Shown: in pieces, positions 38,909-49,021 of the stretch
Layout: the number at the start of each line of letters is the position of its first letter
Position numbering within the stretch: position 1 is the stretch's first letter
Assembly (NCBI GenBank): GCA_963729895.1
Contig: CAVSQB010000019.1
Coordinates: 64,001 to 128,000 of the forward strand
Reading direction: 5' to 3'
Source: an uncultured Fibrobacterota bacterium
GTDB lineage: Bacteria; Fibrobacterota; Chitinivibrionia; Chitinivibrionales; FEN-1185
Length of the DNA stretch: 64,000 nt
The notes under the pieces: generated by a model
Database searches by the model: none
What the model saw: the letters and a program-made list of their open reading frames with translations, nothing else
Told to the model about the DNA's origin: nothing
Program-made: the position numbers and the translations under genes

Positions 38909-39286
38909 TTACGGCATTTGTGATCTTCTCAATGAGTTGAGCATCCGCGATATTTCTTCGATGGCGCACCGCAATTGCGAAAGGTCATCCGCTGAAACAT
39001 AGGAGAGTTCGTTTCCAATAATCACTTGGCAAAGTGGTTCCGCCAGTGAACCGTAGGCGATCTGGGAAAAATGTGCCTGATCCTTCTTGCTGAACCTTGA
39101 AGTTCCCTCAGCGATGTTCGAGGCGACAGAGACTGCAGCGCGTCTCATTTGCGCGGCCATTCCAAACTTCTCCTGATCGGGAAAGGATGACGTGACTAGA
39201 TATATCTTTTGCGCCAAGGACTTGGATTTCTTCCAAACCTCAAGCTTCTCGAATGAAAAATTGTAATTCACCCGGCCTGTCTTCAA
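38909..39286 (-). CDS. Four-helix-bundle protein (23S rRNA intervening-sequence protein family)
   Basis: FEKLEVWKKS, FPDQEKFG, QMRRAAVSVASNIAEG and IAYGSL motifs. Confidence 0.92.
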   Translation of the reverse strand: MKTGRVNYNFSFEKLEVWKKSKSLAQKIYLVTSSFPDQEKFGMAAQMRRAAVSVASNIAEGTSRFSKKDQAHFSQIAYGSLAEPLCQVIIGNELSYVSADDLSQLRCAIEEISRMLNSLRRSQMP

Positions 39287-39290
39287 CCTT

Positions 39291-39929
39291 TCAACTATTC
39301 AACTCTTGAGTCCTCTCAACTAACTTAACCCACTTATCCGCCCAGGGAACTATCGTTATAAGAATATATCCCATGTCGCGCAGGAAACTCCAGTTTTCGA
39401 GATAGGCGCGGTTGAGTTCCACTTTTTTCGGCCACACCACGGAATCGTTGTACGATTTGGGATCGGCTTGGGCCGCAAGCAGATCCTCTTCGTTGCGGAA
39501 GTAAAGCGAGGCGGGTCCCGTTATGCCGGGCCGCAGTTCCAGGATCCTGCGGTCCGACCCAACGAGCCTGTCGGCGTAGCCAGGCACGTCGGGCCGCGGG
39601 CCCACAAACGACATCCTGCCGATGAGCACGTTCCACAGTTGGGGAAATTCGTCGAACTTGCAGGCGCGCAGGAACCGGCCGATGGGCGTAATCCGGCCGT
39701 CGCGCGACGTGGTTATCGAGCCGCCGCTTTCCGATCCGGCGTACATAGTGCGGAACTTGACAATGGTGAACAGCTTGCCCTTTCTCCCCACGCGCCGCTG
39801 GCGGAAGAATACCGGGCCCGGCGAGGTCGCCTTGATGATGAGGGCGACAAACAGGAACGGGATGCACAGCACAGTCAGCCCGAGGGCTGAGAAAATTATG
39901 TCGAACAGGCGTTTTGATAAGGGATTCAT
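39291..39929 (-). CDS. Bacterial sugar transferase (PglC-like phosphoglycosyltransferase)
   Basis: KRLFD, KFRTM, DEFPQLWNV, VGPRP and RPGITG motifs. Confidence 0.93.
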   Translation of the reverse strand: MNPLSKRLFDIIFSALGLTVLCIPFLFVALIIKATSPGPVFFRQRRVGRKGKLFTIVKFRTMYAGSESGGSITTSRDGRITPIGRFLRACKFDEFPQLWNVLIGRMSFVGPRPDVPGYADRLVGSDRRILELRPGITGPASLYFRNEEDLLAAQADPKSYNDSVVWPKKVELNRAYLENWSFLRDMGYILITIVPWADKWVKLVERTQELNS

Positions 39930-39948
39930 TTTATATACAGATAATGCC

Positions 39949-40099
39949 GGGCGTTACCATTGCCTTAGTCTTGACGAAGGCAATGGTCGGTTCTTCCTTC
40001 GGGCTCGGCCTAAAGGCCTCGGTGCCGCCTGCCCCTACTGCCTTCGGCGAGGTCAGGCGGTACCGCGCTTTTGCGCGCCCTCCGGTCGCCCCTAACGCC
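39949..40099 (+). repeat. Structured intergenic repeat, copy H
   Basis: Closest to copy F; convergent with copy I. Confidence 0.88.
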
Positions 40100-40155
40100 G
40101 GGCAGAAGGCTGGCCCCGCAATTGTGAAGATTCACCGTTTACACGTTTTGGTTTT

Positions 40156-40296
40156 CGCGTTAGGCAGGACTGAAGTGGTCCCGTCAAAGCGGGATTGCCG
40201 GCCGGCCCAGCCGATAGGCATAGGGCGGACCGGCAACGAGGCCTTTAGGCCGAGCCCGAAGGGAGGGCCGACCTGAGCGCAGCGAGGGGAACGCCC
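40156..40296 (-). repeat. Structured intergenic repeat, copy I
   Basis: Reverse complement reads GGGCGTTCCCC...CAGTCCTGCCTAACGCG. Confidence 0.88.
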
Positions 40297-40341
40297 ATCA
40301 TTATTCTATTTTGGATGGCAAGGGGAACGCCCATATATTGT

Positions 40342-40974
40342 TCAGTTAGGGCAAATAGATTTCACATATTGATTAAGCACATTCCCATGATGCACAACTT
40401 GTTTTTGCAGGACAAAACCGCATTTTGCGTAGAACGCGTTTGAATCGCAATCCGAGGAAAAGGTGACCGTCTTGTACGACGTGACGCCGTTTTCCCGCAG
40501 GTACGATTCGAGTGCGGCCAGCAGTTGCCGGCCCACGCCTTTTCCCCTGTTGTCATCCGAGACTGCGATGGACAGCAATTCCGCCGCAGGTTGGACATCG
40601 GCGCCCGGTGCGGCGCTGCCTTTCGGCCTTGCTTTGTGCGGATACGCAAGGGTCTCACGGATATACGCAAGGTTGCGGGGGGAAAAAGCCCTTGGCAAAA
40701 GCAAAAAGAAGAAGAACAGGCCTTGCCTGAGCAGGATATGGCGGTACATCGCGGCCGTGTCCAGCGAACAGGCCGCAAACCCGGCCACCTTTTGAGAACC
40801 CGGATCAACGGCAACGAAGACCCTTGAATGCGGGGAGCGGCCGATGCTTTTGTAAAGTTTGGTGAGGAAACCGACGCCGAGGCGCGAGAGAAAACCGGTG
40901 CGGATGCATCGTTGGTGGAGCAGGGCAATTGCCCGGGCATGGAACGGAGCGAAGGGTTGGATGTTATGCGCCAT
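40342..40974 (-). CDS. GNAT-family N-acetyltransferase
   Basis: FLSRLGVGFL, ELLSIAV..RGKGVG and FYAKCGF motifs. Confidence 0.85.
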   Translation of the reverse strand: MAHNIQPFAPFHARAIALLHQRCIRTGFLSRLGVGFLTKLYKSIGRSPHSRVFVAVDPGSQKVAGFAACSLDTAAMYRHILLRQGLFFFFLLLPRAFSPRNLAYIRETLAYPHKARPKGSAAPGADVQPAAELLSIAVSDDNRGKGVGRQLLAALESYLRENGVTSYKTVTFSSDCDSNAFYAKCGFVLQKQVVHHGNVLNQYVKSICPN

Positions 40975-43351
40975 GCGTTTTGGGTTGGAAATCACGGTTG
41001 TTGATAAGGTACATGAGTTCTTCGGTTATCGCCTCTCCGTCGAAGTCCCGCAGGACCCTTTGGCGCGCTTTTGCACCCATGTCTTTTCGCATGCGGGGGT
41101 CGTGCAGGAGGACGCTCATTTTCTCCATCATCTTTTCCACGTTTCTCACCGGTACGATGAACCCGGTTTCGTTGTCCACAACCGAGTCGATGCATCCGAT
41201 TGCGTCCGTGGTTATTACCGGAAGCCTCATTGCCGCGGCCTCCAGCACCACATTGGGAAACCCTTCCCTGTACGACGGCAGAACAAAGATATCCATGATT
41301 GCGTAATACGATTCCGGGTCGTCCACGGGTTCGATGAGCCGAATGAAGGGGTCGCTTTCAATCTTGTCGAACACATTCTGAGGAAGCTGGTCGCGCGGTT
41401 CCTTTCTGGGTCCGATGAGCAGAAGAACGCACGGGACCGGGTCTTTGCCGAGGCCGTTGTAGGCCTTTACAAGTTCGATTATCCCCTTCTCTTTTACGAG
41501 CCTGCCCATGTACCCGAACACCACCGCTTCTTCCGGAATGTGCAGCGCCTGCCTGAGCTTGAGGACGTTGTGCGCGCCGATTTTTTCCGGCACGAACCTG
41601 GCCTTTGCATCCACGCCCTGGTTTGTGCCGCGGCCCAGTATACCCATCTTGTCCGGCCGGCACAGCTTCTTGAGCGACATGTACCTGAGATTGGACCGGC
41701 TCATCATGATCACCTTGTGGGAGCACGCGCACGATAGCAGCTCCGCAAGAAGCAGGACCTTTTCGGTAACGCCCTTTCTTCCGTAGTACACCTGGCCGAA
41801 AACGGAATATATCCTGAACGGCACCCTCACGAGCAATGCGGCGACCGCGGTGAGCAAAGAGGCCTTGGGTGTGCAATAGTAGACAACGTCGAGGCGAAGC
41901 CGGGCCAGGAGCACGCACAACACCACCAGGGAATACAAATCGGAAAGCACGGAAAAGGTCCTGTGGAACGGCACGCGATGCACCTTGATGCCGTATTTCC
42001 GCTCAACGTCCGGCGCGGAAATCCATTCGTCGCCCGCCGACGAAATAAAGAACACCTCGAAACCGTCCTGCCTGAAGCGTTCTATCTGGTTGGAAAACAA
42101 ATGGTACAGCGTAGTGGGCACCGAGCTGACTATTGCCATCCGCCTGCGCGGAAACACGTTGCTCTTTTCGCACAGCCGCCGCACCGTCTCCTCGAGCGCC
42201 GCGCGCACGCCGGCCGGATCGAACGTGCGCAGCACAAATGCGCGGCCGCTGCGGCCGAGCGCGGCCCTGAGCGGGGCGTCGGCGTACAGCTTCTCCATTT
42301 TGTCAACCATAGCGCCGGTGTACTTGACGGGAACGACATAGCCGGTTTCGTTGTCGAGCACCGAGTCCACGCACCCGAGCGCGCTGGTGGTGATCACCGG
42401 CAGTTCCATGGCCGCGGCCTCGAGCACCGCGTTGGGCAGGCCTTCCCGGTGCGAGGGAAACACAAACACGTCGAAGAGACAGTAAAACTCGTACGGGTCG
42501 TTCACCTCGTCGACCACGTGCACCGACGGCTCCCGCGCCATGCCGGAAAGGCACTCGGCCGAGACCGCGCCCCTCGCCTCCTTGTGGCCCACAATAAAAA
42601 GGTGCGCGTTTTTCTTGCCGGGCACAAAGCGCTTCCACGCGGCGAACAGGTCTTCTATGCCTTTGTCCTTTACGATGCGGCCCGTAAACCCGTACACCAC
42701 GTCGTTGTCCCTCACGCCGTACTGCGCCCGGAGCGCGGCGATGCGGGCCGGGTCGGCGTGTGCGCGCGTAAACTTGCCGCGGCCGTCAACGCCGTGGCTC
42801 GACCCGTTGCACAGAATGGAAATCTTTTCGGCCGGGCATATCCCGTTCGCAACCATGAAGTCGCGGTTTGATTTGCTCACGCACAGCACCACGCTGGCGA
42901 GCCTGCACGCCCACATGGTGACAAACGAAAGCAGCGTCCATACGATGCCCGACGCCTCGTAGTACGCGATGCCGCGGACAAGGTAGATGCGCACCGGCAC
43001 CGCCGCGCACCACCCGGCGATAAGCGACAGCACCGCGGCCTTGGGCGTGCTCGCGTGGAGCACGGCCGGCTTTATCCGGCGCATGAGAAAATAGAGATGC
43101 ACAAGGGAACGAAGGTCGGCAAGGACGTTCATGGCGCGCGTGAGCGGTACCTTGTGGACCGGAACGCCGAACGCCTCCCTCACGTCGGAAAACTTTTTCC
43201 AGCTTCCTTCGCCCGAGGCGATCTCCACGCCGTATCCTTTTTCCTTGAGATACGGGACTTGCTCCCGGAAAAAGGACCAGGCGGTTTCCGCCACGGTGAC
43301 GCAGATGAGGATTTTAGGCTTTTGCTTTTGGTACATTGAATATGACGGCAA
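40964..43351 (-). CDS. Tandem double GT4 glycosyltransferase
   Basis: Two complete modules, each with TPKA, GR.VK.KG and PS.REG.PN.VLEAAAM.LPVITT. Confidence 0.9.
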   Translation of the reverse strand: MPSYSMYQKQKPKILICVTVAETAWSFFREQVPYLKEKGYGVEIASGEGSWKKFSDVREAFGVPVHKVPLTRAMNVLADLRSLVHLYFLMRRIKPAVLHASTPKAAVLSLIAGWCAAVPVRIYLVRGIAYYEASGIVWTLLSFVTMWACRLASVVLCVSKSNRDFMVANGICPAEKISILCNGSSHGVDGRGKFTRAHADPARIAALRAQYGVRDNDVVYGFTGRIVKDKGIEDLFAAWKRFVPGKKNAHLFIVGHKEARGAVSAECLSGMAREPSVHVVDEVNDPYEFYCLFDVFVFPSHREGLPNAVLEAAAMELPVITTSALGCVDSVLDNETGYVVPVKYTGAMVDKMEKLYADAPLRAALGRSGRAFVLRTFDPAGVRAALEETVRRLCEKSNVFPRRRMAIVSSVPTTLYHLFSNQIERFRQDGFEVFFISSAGDEWISAPDVERKYGIKVHRVPFHRTFSVLSDLYSLVVLCVLLARLRLDVVYYCTPKASLLTAVAALLVRVPFRIYSVFGQVYYGRKGVTEKVLLLAELLSCACSHKVIMMSRSNLRYMSLKKLCRPDKMGILGRGTNQGVDAKARFVPEKIGAHNVLKLRQALHIPEEAVVFGYMGRLVKEKGIIELVKAYNGLGKDPVPCVLLLIGPRKEPRDQLPQNVFDKIESDPFIRLIEPVDDPESYYAIMDIFVLPSYREGFPNVVLEAAAMRLPVITTDAIGCIDSVVDNETGFIVPVRNVEKMMEKMSVLLHDPRMRKDMGAKARQRVLRDFDGEAITEELMYLINNRDFQPKTHGA

Positions 43352-43411
43352 TTCTTACTGTGAAAGATGGTTCAATATTCGTGAATGTGAAAAGCGTTTG
43401 ACGGACGAACA

Positions 43412-44692
43412 CTACGGCAGACGTTTCGGCAGCGCTTGCATACCAACAGGGGCGATTGCCAGTGCACTACGAGCCATGGCTTTTCGCCGCCGACGTTTCT
43501 CCTTGTCAAAAAATATCTGCGAGCGTACAGAGGCATAGAACAGGATGATGCAGGGAAGCACCATACATTTCTCACGCACGGTAAGGCCGAAATTCGTGTA
43601 GGCCATACCCATGATAACGCTGCTGAATATGCAATACATCAACAGGCCGTACTTGTACGGAATCAGTTTGGACGATCTGAATACCTTCCAGTTAAAAAGG
43701 AAATAAAGCAGAAAAAACTGGTACAGAATATTTTCAACCGCCGACCCGAATTGAATCGGTTTCCTCGCCTGCCATATAAAGGGACTGCCAAGGAACTGCA
43801 CCAGGTAATACGGCGCGAGCAGGATCTTGAATTTCCCGGCCCTTCCCGTGCCTGCGCCGCCAAAATCCAAGTTCTCAGAACTTGATTCCATCCTGCTCAC
43901 CCCTGCACTATAGACGCCTCCGAGCCCGGTTGTCGATTCGACGGCGGGCTCCAACCCTATGTACTCGAATATTTTCTGGTGAGCTGCGAGAAACCCGACG
44001 GCCACGACCACCAAAAGTACTATCGTGCGCACAGATATCACCTGCCGCTCCAACACAACCCCGATTCCAAATCCGACAAAGAGGAAAAGTAAGACGTGCG
44101 GCCGGACAAAATAGACTACGACCCCGCCCGCGATGATCGAAACCACGGTTTTCACCTTGTCCGGGCCGTTTGTCACGCCGTACAAGATAAGCATGAGGCC
44201 GAAATAGACTATTGAATCCTTTCCAAGGTTGCTTGTCCAGAAAACCATGTTCGGAAGAAAGAACGAGAGGAGATAAAGCTCTATTTTGCTTTTGCGGGAC
44301 GCGTACAGCGGCTTTAGTGTCCGGTAGAAAATCATTGATCCGCAAAAGCCGAGAAACGAAAACGGCACGCACAGCATCAGGTACCGGTTATCAAACATAA
44401 CGACAAGATGGTGGAGCAATGCAGCCACGTTGCAGACGCAGCCGGTTCCCGGCGTAAAGAGGTCTTGCCAAATGATATTCCCGGCCTCGGCGTAATTGAA
44501 GTACATGGAGGTATCCGCCGAGGTGGTGAGGGTGTAGGCGTAGTACCCATACGTCATCGCGATTCGGAAAAGGAGACCGAGAGTAAAAACCCGAATTTCC
44601 TTGTTGCCGTATTTCACAAAATGGCAAAACAGGAAGATGGCCATTTCGCCCAGAACAAAATATACCGTCAAAAAGACAAGAAGATCGAACAT
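43412..44692 (-). CDS. Polytopic membrane protein, putative polysaccharide polymerase (Wzy-like)
   Basis: About 10 TMs, WTSNLGKD and RPH motifs; cluster context. Confidence 0.6.
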   Translation of the reverse strand: MFDLLVFLTVYFVLGEMAIFLFCHFVKYGNKEIRVFTLGLLFRIAMTYGYYAYTLTTSADTSMYFNYAEAGNIIWQDLFTPGTGCVCNVAALLHHLVVMFDNRYLMLCVPFSFLGFCGSMIFYRTLKPLYASRKSKIELYLLSFFLPNMVFWTSNLGKDSIVYFGLMLILYGVTNGPDKVKTVVSIIAGGVVVYFVRPHVLLFLFVGFGIGVVLERQVISVRTIVLLVVVAVGFLAAHQKIFEYIGLEPAVESTTGLGGVYSAGVSRMESSSENLDFGGAGTGRAGKFKILLAPYYLVQFLGSPFIWQARKPIQFGSAVENILYQFFLLYFLFNWKVFRSSKLIPYKYGLLMYCIFSSVIMGMAYTNFGLTVREKCMVLPCIILFYASVRSQIFFDKEKRRRRKAMARSALAIAPVGMQALPKRLP

Positions 44693-44779
44693 GGTTTTAC
44701 TCGGGTATCCGCTTTCGGCGGGGTATCAAAAGGCCGGATCGTTCGACAGGCTCAGGTGACATTGAACCCGCGATCATAT

Positions 44780-45895
44780 TTATGGTTGTCGTCGGCTGTC
44801 CAGCAATTGCCCATACACTTTTAAAGTGCTTTCCGCAGTTGCTTTCCATGTATACTGCCTGAGTTTTTGGGAACCGATTCCGACAGACGCCGATCTTAAC
44901 TCCCTATTTTCAATCAAGGCGCCGACAACCGAAGCGATGTGAGGCGGACTTAAGGGATCGAACATGGCCTCAGGAAAACCGTACACTTCCTGAAACACGG
45001 GGATGCGTGAAGCTGCAACGGGAACATTGCACGCAAAGGCTTCCAGCAACGGTATGCCGAAGCCCTCGTAAAGGGACGGAAAAACAAACAGGTCGGCATG
45101 TGTATAGTAGGCCGCCAGCAAGGTATCATCGACTTGATCGGTAAAAACAACTCTTTGTCTTCTTTCAACGGCACTTTTGAGTTTGTCAACAATTCCGCTT
45201 GAACCGTAATTCTTGCCGACAATGATAAGATCATGGCGAAAATTGGGATCCCGGCAGAGAATATTGAACGCGCGTATCAGGTTCAGATGATTCTTGTGTT
45301 TGGCAAGATGGCCGACCGTCAGAATATAGGGGCGGGCGTGGGGGGAATTTCCGGTTTTGTTGACGTTAAAATGTGAAGCATTGATCCCGTTGCAGCTTAG
45401 TGAAATTTTTTGGCTGCAAAAGGGATAATAAGAAATTATCCTGCTCATGCTGAATTCGGACACCGTCATAATGTGGTCCGCCCGCTTGAGCGCACTATTG
45501 CGAAAAAAGCGCAATAAGAAACGATGTGCGGAGCCGTAGGTTTCAGGAAGGTCAAGCTCTCGTACATCATGGACGGTGAGGGTGACTTTCCTTTTGAATA
45601 CGGGAATAGCAAAATTGAAACACTGTAAAAGATCAATTCTCGGAGTATAGCTTTCAAAGTATGTGGTAAACATTGTCCTAAAATATCGAAGTAGACCCGG
45701 ATTGGTGGGAATGCTCGTCCTGACGGAATTGCTTGCGCCAAAATAATCAATCGCCCGTTCGGGAGCATCGCTTGGCAAGAATACCGTATACTTGTTTACT
45801 TTGTCGATTTTAATGAGTTCGGAATAGAGATTATGACAATATTTGCCTGCTCCGGAATACCATTGATAAGGAATCAATACGAACCCAATATGCAT
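44780..45895 (-). CDS. GT4 glycosyltransferase
   Basis: TVHD, VGHLAKHKN and PSLYEGFGIPLLEA motifs. Confidence 0.9.
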   Translation of the reverse strand: MHIGFVLIPYQWYSGAGKYCHNLYSELIKIDKVNKYTVFLPSDAPERAIDYFGASNSVRTSIPTNPGLLRYFRTMFTTYFESYTPRIDLLQCFNFAIPVFKRKVTLTVHDVRELDLPETYGSAHRFLLRFFRNSALKRADHIMTVSEFSMSRIISYYPFCSQKISLSCNGINASHFNVNKTGNSPHARPYILTVGHLAKHKNHLNLIRAFNILCRDPNFRHDLIIVGKNYGSSGIVDKLKSAVERRQRVVFTDQVDDTLLAAYYTHADLFVFPSLYEGFGIPLLEAFACNVPVAASRIPVFQEVYGFPEAMFDPLSPPHIASVVGALIENRELRSASVGIGSQKLRQYTWKATAESTLKVYGQLLDSRRQP

Positions 45896-46334
45896 TTGCA
45901 ACACGCCTTGAAATAGGTGGTTATCTGCGGATTAACTTTCTTACTCTTTCAATGACTGCCGAAACCAGAAATGCAGGATTTAAATACGCCCTTTGTTGGA
46001 GATTCAACATGAAATAGGCAGGGTTGGATACGATAAGCCGCCGCCTCACGGCGCTATTATATGCGTTGACGGATGTCTCGATTGTACCGGCCAATTCGTT
46101 AAATCGCGCCTGCGTCATATGCGGAGTGAATTTGATCGTTCGGTTACGGTGATGCATGAGATGAAGGGGAACTTCGGGCATCAAACCTTGTTCAACAACT
46201 TCATCATAGAGCTGGGTACCGGGGTACGGAATCAGAAAGGAAATAACCGCGCCAACTTCTCCATTCGGTCCTATTTCATAAATAAAACCTAAATCCGTGA
46301 GAAAAACTTTGGCATTTTGATGATTTTTCGTGTA

Positions 46335-47628
46335 GGGGACCTCTAAAAATTCTGTAAAATAGTAGATTCCAAGATCATGTTGACAGATAGTATTATTTCG
46401 CGATGTCAGGGCGTCTATTTGTCTGATAGGTGCCCAAAACTGTTCTTTTTTCGGTCCCTTTGGGGGCCTTGTGCGGTCCTGTCCCGCTTTTCAGGCGTGG
46501 CACTCAAGATATGCAAAGCGTTTTATGTTGTAAACCAGGTTCAGGAGTCCTATCTTCGCCGCGGCCCTCAGCCGCCCGATACACCTGATCCTGCCACGAA
46601 ACATGATTTCTATTTGAGCAAACACATGTTCTATACGCGATCTGACTTTGGATTTCTTCCGGTTCTGTGCCAATTGTGCTTCCGTCAATGGTGCGCCACG
46701 AGTCCCTTTGACACATATTTTGCTTCTGTACCAGAGATAATCAAGCCTTTGTTCCGCCTTTTCCGAATGATACGCGCTGTCGGCAAACACGTCCGCGTTC
46801 GTGTTCTCAGGATTAAGGAGAGGTTCAAGCATATTGGAGTCGTGCACTTCTGCGGATGTCGCCGCATAGTCTCGAATGATTTTATGCTTCGCGTCTACCG
46901 ACGCATGGTTCTTGTAGCCAAAAAACGTCTGATCGTTCTTCTTCGTCCATCGCGCATCAACATCTTTCTGACGAAGTTTCTCAGGGTGCTTTTCCCATTC
47001 CTGCGGCGTGCCCCCGTTCTTGATTTCTTTATTCTCCTCCCGCGTGTTTCTCTGGCGAGGTACCTCGACAAAACTCGCATCTATTATTTGGCCTTTCTGG
47101 GCAGTGTAACCCGCTTCGTTCAACTGACGACCGAACAGGTCAAACAGCTTCTTGACAACGCCTGCTTGTGTCAGCGTTTCCCGAAACAACCAGACCGTTT
47201 TCTCGTCGGGAATGCTATCCTCGGAAGTGAGTTCAAGAAACCGTTTGAACGTCAATCGGTCCAGAATCTGAAACTGGGTTTGCGCATCGGAAAGCCCATA
47301 CATCGTCTGCAACACGAGAATCTTGAACATCAGGATATAATCGTACGGTGGACGACCGGCGTTGCTCTTCCGTTCCTTGCGAAAAGCCTTGTCAATAACA
47401 GGACGAAAACTCTTCCAACGTATGGCCCGATTGATGGTTTCAAGAGGGTCTCCCATTTCGGAAAGCTCGGAAAGGCGATTCTCAAGGTCAAAAAGGCCTA
47501 TCTGTCCCATCGCAATATCCTCCAGACGGTAGTGGGTTCGCAGGTTTGTTGTCTGGAATTAAAATAATTGACGAAATAGCCTTTGTCAAGCATTAATTGG
47601 GCAAATTAGGCAATTTTTAGAGGTCCCC
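46335..47628 (-). mobile_element. IS5-family element, copy 2
   Basis: 17-bp TIRs; TSD TGTA. Confidence 0.95.
46491..47510 (-). CDS. IS5-family transposase
   Basis: Protein identical to that of 1004-2023. Confidence 0.95.
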   Translation of the reverse strand: MGQIGLFDLENRLSELSEMGDPLETINRAIRWKSFRPVIDKAFRKERKSNAGRPPYDYILMFKILVLQTMYGLSDAQTQFQILDRLTFKRFLELTSEDSIPDEKTVWLFRETLTQAGVVKKLFDLFGRQLNEAGYTAQKGQIIDASFVEVPRQRNTREENKEIKNGGTPQEWEKHPEKLRQKDVDARWTKKNDQTFFGYKNHASVDAKHKIIRDYAATSAEVHDSNMLEPLLNPENTNADVFADSAYHSEKAEQRLDYLWYRSKICVKGTRGAPLTEAQLAQNRKKSKVRSRIEHVFAQIEIMFRGRIRCIGRLRAAAKIGLLNLVYNIKRFAYLECHA

Positions 47629-47659
47629 TGTAGATTAAGGGTGAATGGTGCTTGACTAA

Positions 47660-49021
47660 ATGGCAGTTCACATTATTCACCCGGAAGGTGTCATGCCAAA
47701 GCCGAGAAAGTTGATAATCACGGAGACGGACGAGTTTCTGACCAGCCATGGTGGAATGGCAATGATCGGGATGCTTGCGGAGCGATCCGGTTTGCGCGAG
47801 CGTGTTTCGCAGGTTACTCCGGACAAGAAGAGCGGGAGTATAAGCACCGCGGACGCGCTGCTGACCATGACGGGGCTTTTGTGTCTTGCCAAACCAGACT
47901 TTGACGGGGTCGAGCAGTTTCGTGAAGACGACTATTTTCAGGAGATGCTTGGATTGAAAGCGGTTCCTTCCGAGGCTACACTGCGGCAGCGAATGGACGA
48001 AACGGGCCTGACCGTTCAAAACGCAGTCCTTTCCGCTTCGGCGTCCCTGTTGAAAAAAGCAGCGCCACGGCTCACCGCCTGCTTTGGACCGTATATTCCG
48101 ATTGACGCTGACGTATCTCCTTTTGACAACAGTGGTTCTCATAAGGAAGGCGTAAGCTGCACGTACAAGTTGTTCGAGGGATATTCTCCGATGCTTGCCT
48201 ACATAGGCGTGGAAGGCTACCTGCTGAACGCGGAGTTGCGCGAAGGGAAACAACATTGCCAGGAAGGAACTCCGGAGTTTCTGCGCAAGACCATAGCCCT
48301 TGCTCGAAAAATAACGGATCGTTCGATCCTTGTGCGTCTTGATGCCGGACATGACGATATTGAAAACATGCGAGTCTGCCGCAAGGAAAAGGTCGATTAC
48401 ATAATCAAACGGAACATACGCAGGGAATCTATTGACGAATGGCTCGTGGATGCTCAAGCGCTCGGTGACTGGCGTCATCCTCGTGAAGGCAAGACCGTGT
48501 ACGTTGGTGAGACAATACGGGAAAGAAACGGCGAAAACATGCGCGTTGTGTTCGAGGTGATCGAACGGACAATCGACCGCGACGGAAACGCCTTGCTGCT
48601 GCCGGATGTAGAGGTTCACACGTGGTGGACGAGCCTGAGCAGACGCAACGCCGGCCCGGACGACGTTATTGCAGCGTACCGGGATCATGGCACCAGCGAG
48701 CAGTTTCACTCGGAGCTGAAGAGTGATATGGCGCTGGAGCGGCTTCCCAGCGGGAAGTTCACGACCAACGCATTGGTGTTGACGTTGGCGGTTCTTGCGT
48801 TCAACATGCTGCGGCTCTGCGGCCAAGTTGGAATCGACAAGGGGTACGTGCCGCGTAAGAAAGTTGCACGCCGGAGATTGCGGAAGGTCATTCAGGATCT
48901 TATGTACATAGCAGCACGCGTGATAACGCATGCCCGCCGGTTGATGCTTGCCCTGTCGCGGCGGAATCAACTCCGCATAGCGTGGACGCAAACGTATCTG
49001 GCGTTCGCCACGGATGGCTGA
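47660..49021 (+). CDS. IS1380-family transposase
   Basis: Identical 453-aa protein. Confidence 0.93.
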   Translation: MAVHIIHPEGVMPKPRKLIITETDEFLTSHGGMAMIGMLAERSGLRERVSQVTPDKKSGSISTADALLTMTGLLCLAKPDFDGVEQFREDDYFQEMLGLKAVPSEATLRQRMDETGLTVQNAVLSASASLLKKAAPRLTACFGPYIPIDADVSPFDNSGSHKEGVSCTYKLFEGYSPMLAYIGVEGYLLNAELREGKQHCQEGTPEFLRKTIALARKITDRSILVRLDAGHDDIENMRVCRKEKVDYIIKRNIRRESIDEWLVDAQALGDWRHPREGKTVYVGETIRERNGENMRVVFEVIERTIDRDGNALLLPDVEVHTWWTSLSRRNAGPDDVIAAYRDHGTSEQFHSELKSDMALERLPSGKFTTNALVLTLAVLAFNMLRLCGQVGIDKGYVPRKKVARRRLRKVIQDLMYIAARVITHARRLMLALSRRNQLRIAWTQTYLAFATDG

